A stretch of 64,000 nt of DNA from Parcubacteria group bacterium GW2011_GWC1_45_13. Its GTDB lineage: Bacteria; Patescibacteriota; Minisyncoccia; UBA11713; 2-01-FULL-45-33. This document shows positions 8,542 through 18,016 of this stretch, in pieces. The DNA lies in contig LCKG01000004.1 in assembly GCA_001001285.1 (NCBI GenBank), positions 1,957-65,956 of the forward strand, given 5' to 3'. Under the pieces are notes generated by a model, which worked only from the letters and a program-made list of their open reading frames with translations, had not been told where the DNA came from and searched no databases. Each line of letters opens with the position of its first letter. Positions within the stretch are counted from its first letter, which is position 1. Position numbers and translations under genes: made by a program.

Positions 8542-10952
8542 AATGCTTGAAGCCGTTTTCTGATTTCTTCCTCCACATCCTCGCGCGGACGGCCATATTT
8601 AGCGCGGGAAAGATTCTTTATATATGCGGCCGCGCTCGCCTCGCCAACTTCCTGTGGGATTGTTTTTATGTTAAACGCCTTGGAAGTCTGCCCGTCTATC
8701 AACAATTTAAGATAGGCGTTGAAATTATCAATGTTCAGCAAATCCTGCGCGGAAAACACTGGTTGAAACTGCTTTTCCATATATTCGGCGTCGTCCGAGC
8801 CGATGCGGAAAGATAAAATTGATCCGACATTTCCAAAAACCGCTTTTTTTATCTCTTCTTCCAATTGCCCGATAAATTGGTGCGCGATTATAAGATTGAG
8901 TTTGTATTTTCTCGCCTCTGACAGAATGGTAGCGATTGATTTTGTCGTAACGTTTTGGAATTCGTCTATATAAAGGTAAAAAGCTCCGCGCTCGGTCTGC
9001 GGCCTGTCTACGCGCGATAGCGCCGCCATTAAAATTTTCCCTACCATAATAAGGCCCAAAAGGCTGGAGTTGAGCTCGCCCAATTTACCCTTGGAAAGAT
9101 TTAAAAGCAAAATTTTCTTTCCGTCCATCACGTCGCGAATATTAAAGGCGGAGCGTTCTTGGGCGATAATTGGGCGCATGATTTCATTGGAAAGAAAAGT
9201 GTCAAATTTGGAGACAACATAAGGCACCATATTAGCGAGCGACTGCTCGCCACCGGCCTTTTCAGCGATTTGCCGCCAAAAAGTTTCCACCACAATATTC
9301 TTACTTCGTGAAAGCTTGTAGTCACGAAATGATTTGTCGGTCAAAACTCTCTCAATCTCTAAAAGCGTATTGCCGCTTTCCGGATCTTCCATTACAAGCA
9401 TCGTTGCGTTTCTAAAATACTGTTCAAACATGGGGCCTCCGGCGATGGACATATTAAAAAGTTTGTTAAAAATTTCAAGAAGTTCGTTGACAATAAGGCT
9501 TTTCTGCTCCGGATACCTAGGATCAAACTCCAGCATGTTTAATCCAATGGGGTGTTTGACGTCCCCTGGGTCGAAATAAATAACGTCTTCCGCGCGCTCC
9601 TTGGGTACCAGAGGCAATATAGACTCAATAAGATCTCCGTGCGGATCAATCACGGCAACACCTTCTCCCCATTGGATATCCTGAATAATCATGTTGTGCA
9701 TAAGACTGGATTTTCCAGTGCCGGTCTGCCCGATTATATAAAAATGGCGTTCTCTGTCCTCGCTTTTAATGCGCACAGTGCGCTCGTCGCCCCTGAAAGA
9801 ACTTATACCCAAAGACAAGCCATCCTTCGGCAAATTTACAGGTGGTGCCGCTTCTCTGGCTTTTAGCGTGCGCACCGTCGGTGCCGCCCTTTTGGAATAA
9901 GGCAGATGATAAATACTCACGATTTCTTCCACATTCAAATTTAAAACGCGGTTTTCGTCAAATAACCTAAATGAAAAATACTCAACCAATTTTCGCAGCG
10001 CCTTCCCGCCGAGCTCTTTTATTTTAAATTCACTGCCTTCCGGATTTGTAAATTGAAAAAAACTTGCTCCCAAATCTTTAAGCAAAGCGTCGGCTCGCTC
10101 CGTGGAAGCGGCGGATGTAAGAATGCGTACGTTGCATTCAAACATGGTTTTGCTTGCTTTCTCGTCCAAAAGCTTGGCAAACTCCTCATCATAAACTGAT
10201 TTTTGGTCTTTGGACTTTTTCTTGCCGAAAAAAATATCCCAAAACACGCTCCAAAACCCAGTTTCACCCAAAACTTCTTTACGGGAGACCCCCTCTTTTA
10301 ATTTTTGCGCAGCGAGATGTGCCCGTTTTTTCGTGTTCTCGCCGCCAAATCTTAAAACGATCTGTAAAGCCGCCCCCTCGCCATATTCTTTGATTTTAGA
10401 AAATGCGGAAGTTATTGTTTCCAAAGGGTCGGCCGCAAGCTTTTGGTAAGTTTTTATCGGTAAAATTTCGGATCCGGAGCGCAAAACCAAAGCGCCGGCA
10501 GTCGCACCCTCAACATTAAAAATATTGTAGTCCGGCGTCCTTTCTATTTTGGCTTCGGGAAAAGCGCCATGAAGCTGATTTTGAAGCAGAGATTCGTAAA
10601 TTTTTGGGAACGCAATGTAGAAAAAAATCTCATTCCCGCGGTTGTGCAATGCGATTTCCAAAGCGAAAGAAGGATTGCCCCATAATTTTTCTTTCAACCC
10701 CTTTCTTCGAAAAGTCGCCAGGCCGCTCAAAAATTGTTCCATCTGCATAATGAAATTTTTCAGAGCTTGGAATTCGTCGCCTTGCTGGGCCTTAGCGATT
10801 TCCGGCGAACTGATTAAATAAAGCGCAAGGCTTAGGCCAGAGCTTACGTCGCGCAGTTTTTTATTTTTTTGGTAAGAAGAAAAAAGTAAAAACCAAAAAA
10901 TCAAGGCGAGGACTATCGGTAAAACGATATAGAAAAAAGTGAAAGAATTCAT
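8538..10952 (-). CDS. membrane-anchored VirD4/TraG/TraD-like (AAA_10 / DUF87-type) coupling ATPase
   Basis: N-terminal TM helix; Walker A HFYIIGQTGTGKSS; Walker B YLYIDEFQN; C-terminal ARKYKLNLIIAHQ motif typical of the TraG/TraD C-terminal region. Confidence 0.55.
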   Translation of the reverse strand: MNSFTFFYIVLPIVLALIFWFLLFSSYQKNKKLRDVSSGLSLALYLISSPEIAKAQQGDEFQALKNFIMQMEQFLSGLATFRRKGLKEKLWGNPSFALEIALHNRGNEIFFYIAFPKIYESLLQNQLHGAFPEAKIERTPDYNIFNVEGATAGALVLRSGSEILPIKTYQKLAADPLETITSAFSKIKEYGEGAALQIVLRFGGENTKKRAHLAAQKLKEGVSRKEVLGETGFWSVFWDIFFGKKKSKDQKSVYDEEFAKLLDEKASKTMFECNVRILTSAASTERADALLKDLGASFFQFTNPEGSEFKIKELGGKALRKLVEYFSFRLFDENRVLNLNVEEIVSIYHLPYSKRAAPTVRTLKAREAAPPVNLPKDGLSLGISSFRGDERTVRIKSEDRERHFYIIGQTGTGKSSLMHNMIIQDIQWGEGVAVIDPHGDLIESILPLVPKERAEDVIYFDPGDVKHPIGLNMLEFDPRYPEQKSLIVNELLEIFNKLFNMSIAGGPMFEQYFRNATMLVMEDPESGNTLLEIERVLTDKSFRDYKLSRSKNIVVETFWRQIAEKAGGEQSLANMVPYVVSKFDTFLSNEIMRPIIAQERSAFNIRDVMDGKKILLLNLSKGKLGELNSSLLGLIMVGKILMAALSRVDRPQTERGAFYLYIDEFQNVTTKSIATILSEARKYKLNLIIAHQFIGQLEEEIKKAVFGNVGSILSFRIGSDDAEYMEKQFQPVFSAQDLLNIDNFNAYLKLLIDGQTSKAFNIKTIPQEVGEASAAAYIKNLSRAKYGRPREDVEEEIRKRLQAL

Positions 10953-11344
10953 GCTTTAAGTTTTCTAGCCGCAAGCAGTTTTTCGTAATATTTATCGGCC
11001 AGTGCATCGTGAAATTCATCCAATAGATGCGGATTTTTTAAGTGATTCGCGGCTTTAACGGCAATAGCCAGTCCTTGGGCAAACGCCAGACCTATCAACC
11101 TTTCTACAATTTGCTGGTGCTCTTTTTCTTTTAGAGCGTAAGCCGCCTTTTGGGCGGTGTCATCCGAAACAGCAAGGAGTCCGCCGATAGGCATAGACGT
11201 TTTTCCAAGAGAAACGTCTATTATGACTTCCCGCACCATTTCTTTTTCTGGCTTTTCCGCGCCACCAGTGGCCAGCTCTTTCTTTTTGGCCTCCAGCCGC
11301 TCTTCCAGCCATTTTATTTCTTCATGAACAGCTTCCTGAAGCAT
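10949..11344 (-). CDS. hypothetical coiled-coil protein (translationally coupled to the ATPase)
   Basis: 131-aa ORF; its stop overlaps the start of the 804-aa ATPase. Confidence 0.4.
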   Translation of the reverse strand: MLQEAVHEEIKWLEERLEAKKKELATGGAEKPEKEMVREVIIDVSLGKTSMPIGGLLAVSDDTAQKAAYALKEKEHQQIVERLIGLAFAQGLAIAVKAANHLKNPHLLDEFHDALADKYYEKLLAARKLKA

Positions 11345-11374
11345 GTATTTATAATAACATGCTATAATTAAATT

Positions 11375-12910
11375 ATGAAAAATTCTGCTTACTGGCTGAT
11401 TGTAATTATTTTAATTGCCGTTTTTTTGAGATTTTGGGATTTAAAAAATACTCCGCCCGGGTTTTGGTTGGATGAGGCTATGAACGGAACCAATGCTATC
11501 CAGGCTATAGAGATTAGTGGCTGGAAGGTGTTTTACCAGGAAAATTTCGGGAGAGAGGGATTATTTATAAATATCCAAGCGTTATTTGTAAAAACTTTTG
11601 GCCACGAGCCATGGGTTTTGCGCTTGCCTTCGGTGATTTTCGGCTTATTAACGGTCTTGGGACTTTATTTTTTGACAAAAGAACTGTTTTCTGGGCGTGT
11701 TTCGCTTTTCGCGTCTTTTTTTCTGGCAACTTCGTTCTGGCACATTAATTTTTCACGAATCGGGTTCCGCGCGATAATGGCTCCGTTTTTTTTGGTTTGG
11801 GCGTTTTATTTTTTATTTTTAGGAATGCGGAAGCAAAAAGAATGGATTTTCACCTCAGCCGGATTTACTTTCGGCCTCGGCTTTCACACTTATATTGCCT
11901 ATCGCGCCGCGCCCATAATCGCGTTTTTGCCTTTTTGGAGTTTTTATAAATCATGGCGAGAGGACACCGGACGTCCACTTGGACGTCCGGTGTCCAAGCA
12001 CTGCGCTCCATGCTTAATTGGCCTTTTTATTTTCATGGCGTTTTTAGCGGCATTGCCATTGCTCTGGTATTACGCCCAAAACCCTGCTGATTTCCTAGGC
12101 AGGACCTCGGCAATATCAGTATTTAAATCTTCAAATCCGCTTGGCCAATTTTCAGAAAATTTGGTAAAAACTTTGGGAATGTTTAATTTCGCCGGAGATT
12201 TCAATTGGCGGCACAATTTAGCAGGTTCGCCCCAGCTTTGGTGGCCCGTGGGAATTTTATTTTTGATAGGGATTTTTGGAGCATTGCGCTCGAGTGTTTT
12301 CCCGCGCAATGCTTATAATTTTATTTTGCTGTGGTTCATTGTCATGATTCTTCCCGTCGCGTTTTCAAATGAATCTCTGCCTCACGCGCTTCGCGCCATT
12401 GTTTTAATACCGCCAGCTATGATTTTCGCCGCTTTGGGGCTGGACTGGCTTTGGAGAAATGTCAGGCCGCGGCTTAGGATTTTTATTTATATTTTTTTAG
12501 TCACCGCCGCGATTCAGGCATACAGCCAGTATTTTCTCCGCTGGGCGCCAAACTTTAATGTTTATCAAGCCTTCCATACTGACATTACGGAAAAGGCGCG
12601 TTGGCTCAACAAACAACCAAATGATATTAAAAAATACGTCATAACTGACGCGGTTGATCGGGTAGACACAACCGGAACGCCCATGTCATTTCAGCCAATA
12701 ATTTTTATTACTGATACTGCCACGCCGGCAAAACAGACAAGGAAAAACATCTATTATGCTTCTCTGCAAAATATTTCTTCAGCAAATTGTTCCCAAAAAT
12801 GCCTTTTCGTGCCCGTTGAATACCAACCTTCCATTTTTAAAATTATCAAACAAAAAATCCCGGGTTTGCGTCTAGACGCCTCTTCGGGATTTGTGGTTTT
12901 GAAAAAATGA
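11375..12910 (+). CDS. GT39-family (ArnT/PMT-like) membrane glycosyltransferase
   Basis: 511 aa with more than 10 TM helices and dolichyl-phosphate-mannose / ArnT-like N-terminal architecture. TATAAT at 11362 just upstream. Contains an in-frame palindromic element encoding EDTGRPLGRPVSK. Confidence 0.65.
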   Translation: MKNSAYWLIVIILIAVFLRFWDLKNTPPGFWLDEAMNGTNAIQAIEISGWKVFYQENFGREGLFINIQALFVKTFGHEPWVLRLPSVIFGLLTVLGLYFLTKELFSGRVSLFASFFLATSFWHINFSRIGFRAIMAPFFLVWAFYFLFLGMRKQKEWIFTSAGFTFGLGFHTYIAYRAAPIIAFLPFWSFYKSWREDTGRPLGRPVSKHCAPCLIGLFIFMAFLAALPLLWYYAQNPADFLGRTSAISVFKSSNPLGQFSENLVKTLGMFNFAGDFNWRHNLAGSPQLWWPVGILFLIGIFGALRSSVFPRNAYNFILLWFIVMILPVAFSNESLPHALRAIVLIPPAMIFAALGLDWLWRNVRPRLRIFIYIFLVTAAIQAYSQYFLRWAPNFNVYQAFHTDITEKARWLNKQPNDIKKYVITDAVDRVDTTGTPMSFQPIIFITDTATPAKQTRKNIYYASLQNISSANCSQKCLFVPVEYQPSIFKIIKQKIPGLRLDASSGFVVLKK

Positions 12911-12918
12911 TAAAATAA

Positions 12919-14610
12919 ATGGATAAATATGCAAATATTTTAGCAATTTTGATGCTCGTAGCCATGTTCGGGCTGATGCTTGGGTCAAGCCGGAATGATT
13001 CGGCGATTTTTGATGAAGTGGCACATATTGGGGCCGGATACACGTATTTGAAATATTGGGACGGACGGCTAAATCCGGAGCACCCGCCGTTTTTGAAAAG
13101 TTTGGCCGCGTTGCCGCTCTTATTTTTGAATTTGAAAGGAGATGCCACATTGCAGCCATTCTGGACAATAGAAAACGTGAACGACCGCCAATGGCTTGCC
13201 GGTAACTACCTTCTCTATGAGGCTGGCAACGACGCAGACCAAATTCTTTTCTGGTCGCGGCTGCCCATAATTTTGCTAACGATGCTTTTTGGATGGATTT
13301 TGTTTTTGTGGGTGAAAAGGCGCTATGGCGTGGGAGTGGGGTTGCTTACCTTATTTTTCTTTACCGTCTCCCCTACTTTTTTGGCGCACGGAAGATACGT
13401 AACAACTGATGTCGGCGCCGCATTCGGATTTTTTATCGGAATCGTTTTTTTTCTAAAGTTTCTAGAAAGGTTGGATTTTAAATCAGTGATTTGGCTTGGT
13501 ATAGTTTTGGGGATTGTCTTGCTTCTTAAATTTTCGCTTATTTTATTGCTTCCGGTTTATTTGATTTCTGGAGTGTTTTGGTTGTTTTTTGGCAGAGTGA
13601 AAGTTGGGAAGGTGGTGGGGTTACTCTCCTTCTTGGGGACACTTGCTTTCTCCGGTCTCATCGCTCTCGCAGTCATCTATGCCGCTTACATACCACAAAT
13701 CTGGAATTACCCGCGCGAGCAACAAATAAAAGACGCGCGCTATATTCTTGCCGGCTATAAATATCCTTCTTTGGAAAAATTGGATTTTTGGCTTACGGAG
13801 CACGAGTCAACGCGACCATTGGGTCTCTACGCTCAAGGGTTTTTGATGGTTGCGCGGCGCACCGCCGGCGGGAATACGGCTTACTTTATGGGCGAGGTTT
13901 CATCAAAAGGCTGGCGGTTGTATTTCCCAACTCTTGCGTTATTCAAAGAACAGCTTGGTTTTTATATTTTGGCGCTTCTGGCACTTTTATGGGCGCTTAA
14001 AAATAGGGCGAGGTTAGATTTTACCGGTTTATCCGCGATAATTTTTATAGTTTTTTATTGGGTTAGCTCAATTTTAAACCCATTAAATATAGGTGTCCGG
14101 CATGTTTTGCCGACTTTCCCGTTTCTTTATTTGCTTGTTGCGCTGGTAGTTGTGAGCTTTAAACGGCGTATTTTTACGACTCTCATAATTATTTGGATGA
14201 TTGCGGAAATTATTTTTGCCTTTCCATTTTATCTGTCTTATTACAACAAGCTGGGCGGAGGATCGCAAACTGGATATAAAATCGCCACAGACTCAAATTA
14301 CGACTGGGGGCAAGATTTGAAACGGCTTCGCGATTGGGTTTCCGAAAACAGCGTCCAAAAAATTTATCTGGATTATTTCGGCGGAGGCTCTCCAAAATAT
14401 TATTTAGGAGAGAAATATGAAAGCTGGTGGTCCGCAAAAGGCGCTCCGCCGGCCGGTTCCTATTTTGCCGTATCGCTTAATTCTCTAGCTGGCAACCAAG
14501 CAAAAGCAATTGGCGACATAGTTATCAAACCGGAAGATTCCTACTCTTGGCTCAAAGGCAAAACTTCCTTTGCACGCTCCGGAAGTTCAATTTTAATTTA
14601 TCGCTTTTAA
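12919..14610 (+). CDS. GT39-family (ArnT/PMT_2-like) membrane glycosyltransferase, paralog
   Basis: 563-aa polytopic membrane protein. N-terminus (ILAILMLVAMFG...FDEVAHIGAGYTY) resembles PMT_2 glycosyltransferases. Confidence 0.6.
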   Translation: MDKYANILAILMLVAMFGLMLGSSRNDSAIFDEVAHIGAGYTYLKYWDGRLNPEHPPFLKSLAALPLLFLNLKGDATLQPFWTIENVNDRQWLAGNYLLYEAGNDADQILFWSRLPIILLTMLFGWILFLWVKRRYGVGVGLLTLFFFTVSPTFLAHGRYVTTDVGAAFGFFIGIVFFLKFLERLDFKSVIWLGIVLGIVLLLKFSLILLLPVYLISGVFWLFFGRVKVGKVVGLLSFLGTLAFSGLIALAVIYAAYIPQIWNYPREQQIKDARYILAGYKYPSLEKLDFWLTEHESTRPLGLYAQGFLMVARRTAGGNTAYFMGEVSSKGWRLYFPTLALFKEQLGFYILALLALLWALKNRARLDFTGLSAIIFIVFYWVSSILNPLNIGVRHVLPTFPFLYLLVALVVVSFKRRIFTTLIIIWMIAEIIFAFPFYLSYYNKLGGGSQTGYKIATDSNYDWGQDLKRLRDWVSENSVQKIYLDYFGGGSPKYYLGEKYESWWSAKGAPPAGSYFAVSLNSLAGNQAKAIGDIVIKPEDSYSWLKGKTSFARSGSSILIYRF

Positions 14611-15375
14611 TTTATAGAACGCTTTATCGGGGAAGCGCAAATCTATATATTCCAGCCGCGGTCGGTAGTCGGCTATTTTTTGCGAAAGAAGCAATTGCAA
14701 ATCTTTAGAAACGCTGTCGGCAGACAAATCCGATGAGGTTAAAATATACCATCCTTCTTTTGTAAATATTTTAACATCTTTGTTCCCAAAAACATCTATT
14801 TGGAACGGTGCGATATTTAAATTTTTTAAAGAAACTAGGAACTTTCCCAAAAACTGGGTTTGCGGTTCCGAAAGAATTTGGTCGCCTATTTTTGCGGAGT
14901 TTTGTCCGGAAACCGCCAACTCCGGCAACGGGCTTTCGCTGAAACGCGGGGCGCGTCCGCCCAAAACGCCGGCGGCGTTAACGTAAAAGCAAGTGCTTTT
15001 ATCTTGGCAGAAAATAAAAAGCGAAGGCGTTGAAATAAAACGGATTAAGAGCGCGTTGGGGATTTGCTTGTTTACTTCCGGCAAATCAAAACCTTTCTCT
15101 TTCAAAATTTGCTCGATATTATCGATATTCAGTAGGAAAAAATTATTTCGCGGTAAAAAAAATTTATTCAAAGAAGATAAATAATCGGCTAAAGCGATTT
15201 TTACGTTACTTGCATCAGCGTAGCCTTCTATTTTCATATTTACCACTCGCAAATACGGTATCCAAAAAAAAACCCATGCAATAATCAAAATTAACAGCAA
15301 CCCACCGCCAAGAATAACAGCTTTGCCAATCAATTGCCGCCTCCTTCTTTTTTTATAATAATCCGCGAGCTCCAT
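14593..15375 (-). CDS. cell-division protein FtsQ/DivIB-like (putative)
   Basis: Basic N-terminus, single TM helix, periplasmic POTRA-like body. Position at the end of the dcw cluster. Confidence 0.4.
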   Translation of the reverse strand: MELADYYKKRRRRQLIGKAVILGGGLLLILIIAWVFFWIPYLRVVNMKIEGYADASNVKIALADYLSSLNKFFLPRNNFFLLNIDNIEQILKEKGFDLPEVNKQIPNALLIRFISTPSLFIFCQDKSTCFYVNAAGVLGGRAPRFSESPLPELAVSGQNSAKIGDQILSEPQTQFLGKFLVSLKNLNIAPFQIDVFGNKDVKIFTKEGWYILTSSDLSADSVSKDLQLLLSQKIADYRPRLEYIDLRFPDKAFYKLKAIN

Positions 15376-15378
15376 TTT

Positions 15379-16623
15379 TCATATTAACTCTTTTCCCAAA
15401 TACTTTTGGAGCGCTACGGGGATTTTTATGGAGCCGTTGGGCTCTTGGTGATTTTCCAAAAGCGCTTCCAAAATTCTGGGAGTAGCAATGGCTGTGTTGT
15501 TTAATGAGTGCACGAAACGGAGCTTTCCATCAACATCGCGGTATTTAATATTTAACCGCCTTGTCTGAAAATCATGAAAATAAGAAGCCGAATGCGTTTC
15601 GCGGTATCTTTTTTCCGAAGGAATCCACGCCTCTAGGTCATATTTTTTTACTTGCCCCAAGCCGAGGTCACCTCCGCAATTTACTACAATACGGTAAGGA
15701 ATTCCCAAAGCTTGCATGATTTCTTCCGAATTTTTCGTAAGCTCTTCGTGCCATTTTACAGATTCTTGATGATCTGCTCTGCATAAAACAATTTGCTCAA
15801 CTTTAAAAAATTCATGCACCCTAAAAATCCCTTTTTGGTCCTTGCCGTAACTTCCAGCTTCGCGCCTGAAGCAGGAAGAAAACGCAACATATTTTTTGGG
15901 CAGCTCTTCTTCTTTTAAAATTTCGTCTCTATGATAACCCATCATAGGGATTTCGGCTGTGCCCGAAAGATAAATGTCGTCTCGCGTTTTTTCGTCGGAT
16001 GCCGATCCGCCTTTGGCGGAATAAACATCCTCTTCCGCTTGCGGAAACCATCCAGTTCCTACTAAGTTTTCTCTTCTTACAAGGGCGGGGGACAAAAAAG
16101 ACGTGAACCCTTTTTTAGCCACGAAATCCAGCGCAAATTGCCAAAGCGCTACGGATAAGAGCGCGGCGTCTCCTTTTAAAAAATATCCCCGGAAACCTGA
16201 GACTTTCGCTCCGCGCTCGAGATCCAGCATATCGCTGGACTGCATCAGATTTAAATAATTTTTCCCGTGCTCAACTTTTATCTTCCCCCACTTTCTTATT
16301 TCTTGATTCTCCACGTCTGATTCCCCTTCCGGAACTGACGGATCGGGGACGTTCGGCACTTGAAGCATCAACTCTTCAAATTCTTTTTCCACGGCGGAGA
16401 GTTCAAATTCTTTTTGCGAAAGCGCGTTTTTTGACACCCTAGCTTCTTCGGAAGCGTCGGTGAATTTTTTATGCTCTTGACGCAGCTTATCAACTTCATG
16501 GGTCAACGCGCGCCGTTTTTCATCAATTGCCAAAAGCCGGTCAATATCAACTTTCACGCATTTTTTTCTCGCGGCCTCTTTTATTAAATCCTTATTTTCC
16601 CTTATGAATTTTATGTCCAGCAT
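15379..16623 (-). CDS. serS: seryl-tRNA synthetase
   Basis: Class II aaRS motifs plus N-terminal coiled-coil arm; FRREAGSYGKD and GLGQVKKYDLEAW are typical of SerRS. Confidence 0.9.
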   Translation of the reverse strand: MLDIKFIRENKDLIKEAARKKCVKVDIDRLLAIDEKRRALTHEVDKLRQEHKKFTDASEEARVSKNALSQKEFELSAVEKEFEELMLQVPNVPDPSVPEGESDVENQEIRKWGKIKVEHGKNYLNLMQSSDMLDLERGAKVSGFRGYFLKGDAALLSVALWQFALDFVAKKGFTSFLSPALVRRENLVGTGWFPQAEEDVYSAKGGSASDEKTRDDIYLSGTAEIPMMGYHRDEILKEEELPKKYVAFSSCFRREAGSYGKDQKGIFRVHEFFKVEQIVLCRADHQESVKWHEELTKNSEEIMQALGIPYRIVVNCGGDLGLGQVKKYDLEAWIPSEKRYRETHSASYFHDFQTRRLNIKYRDVDGKLRFVHSLNNTAIATPRILEALLENHQEPNGSIKIPVALQKYLGKELI

Positions 16624-16645
16624 AAATTGATTTTAACATATTATT

Positions 16646-16720
16646 TGCCCCCGCCGGGATTTGAACCCGGGTTACATGGATGAGAACCATGCGTCCTAGA
16701 CCAGACTAGACGACAGGGGC
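16646..16720 (-). tRNA. tRNA-Glu (anticodon CUC)
   Basis: Acceptor GCCCCUG/CGGGGGC, anticodon loop UUCUCAU, T-arm CCGGG-UUCAAAU-CCCGG. Confidence 0.75.
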
Positions 16721-16738
16721 CTGTCTGCGCAGGCAGGC

Positions 16739-18016
16739 CTATTTTTTATTCTTCCAATATTCGTCCTGTCTGGCAAGTATATTTTGGGCTTCTTCAGGAT
16801 GAGCCATAAGTTCTTCTGTAATCAGCTCCATGCGCATGGACTGCGATCCTTTAACCAAAATTAGGTCGCCTTCTCGAATGATTGATTTTAAATGAGACGC
16901 AGCTTCTTGGGAAGTTGAAAAATTTATTACTTTAGACTTATTCATTTCTTGAGCGATAGCTTCTTCTGCGGCGAAGCGCGAGCGCGGACCGACTGCGACA
17001 AAATAATCCGCGATTTTAGCGATTTTTTTCCCTGCTGCTTGATGGGCCAAGATAGTAAATTTACCGATTTCAAGCATATCGCCGAAAGCGACAATTTTTC
17101 TCTCCGCATCTAATTCTTTTAACGTATCCAGAGCTGCCTCCGTGGCCAAGGGAGAGGCGTTATATGAATCGTCAAGAATCAGACTATTTTTAATTCCCGG
17201 AAGTAGTCTCAATCTGCCGGGAGGCGCGTGATACCTTGAAAGTGCCTCTGAAATTTCTATAAGGTTCATCTCAAAAATTATTCCTACCGCCGTCGCGGAC
17301 AACGCGGCGTACACAAAATGTTTTCCAAAAACATTTTTTAAGCGCACAGGCACCGAAGAGCCCTTATAGTCCATTTTAAAAGAAATGCCTTCTTTGGAAA
17401 TTTTATAATTGGAAGCCAAAATATCCGCGCCGTTTCCGAAACCGAAACCAATCACACTTGCGTTGGTTTTTAATTTTTCTCCCAAAGCAGACATGCTCCA
17501 AACTGTTTCATCGTCAAAATTCAAAATAGCCCAGTTGTCGGATGATAGATTTTTTACAAGCTTGGATTTTTCGCGTGTTACTTCCTCCGGCCCAGAAAAA
17601 AATTCAACATGCACTGGAATCTCTCCCACAGCCGTAACTATTCCGATGTCCGGACGCACAATTTTAAGTAATTTATCAAAATCGCGCGGCCGGTCAACCC
17701 CCATCTCCAAAACCAGTATTTTTGGGAAGTTCTTATTAAAAATTTCTTCAAACCCATAAATTATATTTTTAATCCATCCTATCGGACTATTCCAAGCGGT
17801 TTTTAGACCTAAAACGGCCAAAGCCATGCCCAATTCGCTGTTGTAGCTTTTAATACTTTCTCTGATATTAAACCTGCTTTCCAAGACCGCGGCCACAGCT
17901 TCTTTAGCGGACGATTTGCCAACGGACCCGGTTATGCCTATGATTCGAGGCTGGTAGCGTCTTAGCGCAATTTTAGCTTCTAAAGCGAGAATTTTTGTTA
18001 CAATTGTTTTTATCAT
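16739..18016 (-). CDS. murF: UDP-N-acetylmuramoyl-tripeptide--D-alanyl-D-alanine ligase
   Basis: Mur-ligase P-loop GITGSVGKSS. Position between ftsI and the end of the dcw cluster. Confidence 0.8.
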   Translation of the reverse strand: MIKTIVTKILALEAKIALRRYQPRIIGITGSVGKSSAKEAVAAVLESRFNIRESIKSYNSELGMALAVLGLKTAWNSPIGWIKNIIYGFEEIFNKNFPKILVLEMGVDRPRDFDKLLKIVRPDIGIVTAVGEIPVHVEFFSGPEEVTREKSKLVKNLSSDNWAILNFDDETVWSMSALGEKLKTNASVIGFGFGNGADILASNYKISKEGISFKMDYKGSSVPVRLKNVFGKHFVYAALSATAVGIIFEMNLIEISEALSRYHAPPGRLRLLPGIKNSLILDDSYNASPLATEAALDTLKELDAERKIVAFGDMLEIGKFTILAHQAAGKKIAKIADYFVAVGPRSRFAAEEAIAQEMNKSKVINFSTSQEAASHLKSIIREGDLILVKGSQSMRMELITEELMAHPEEAQNILARQDEYWKNKK

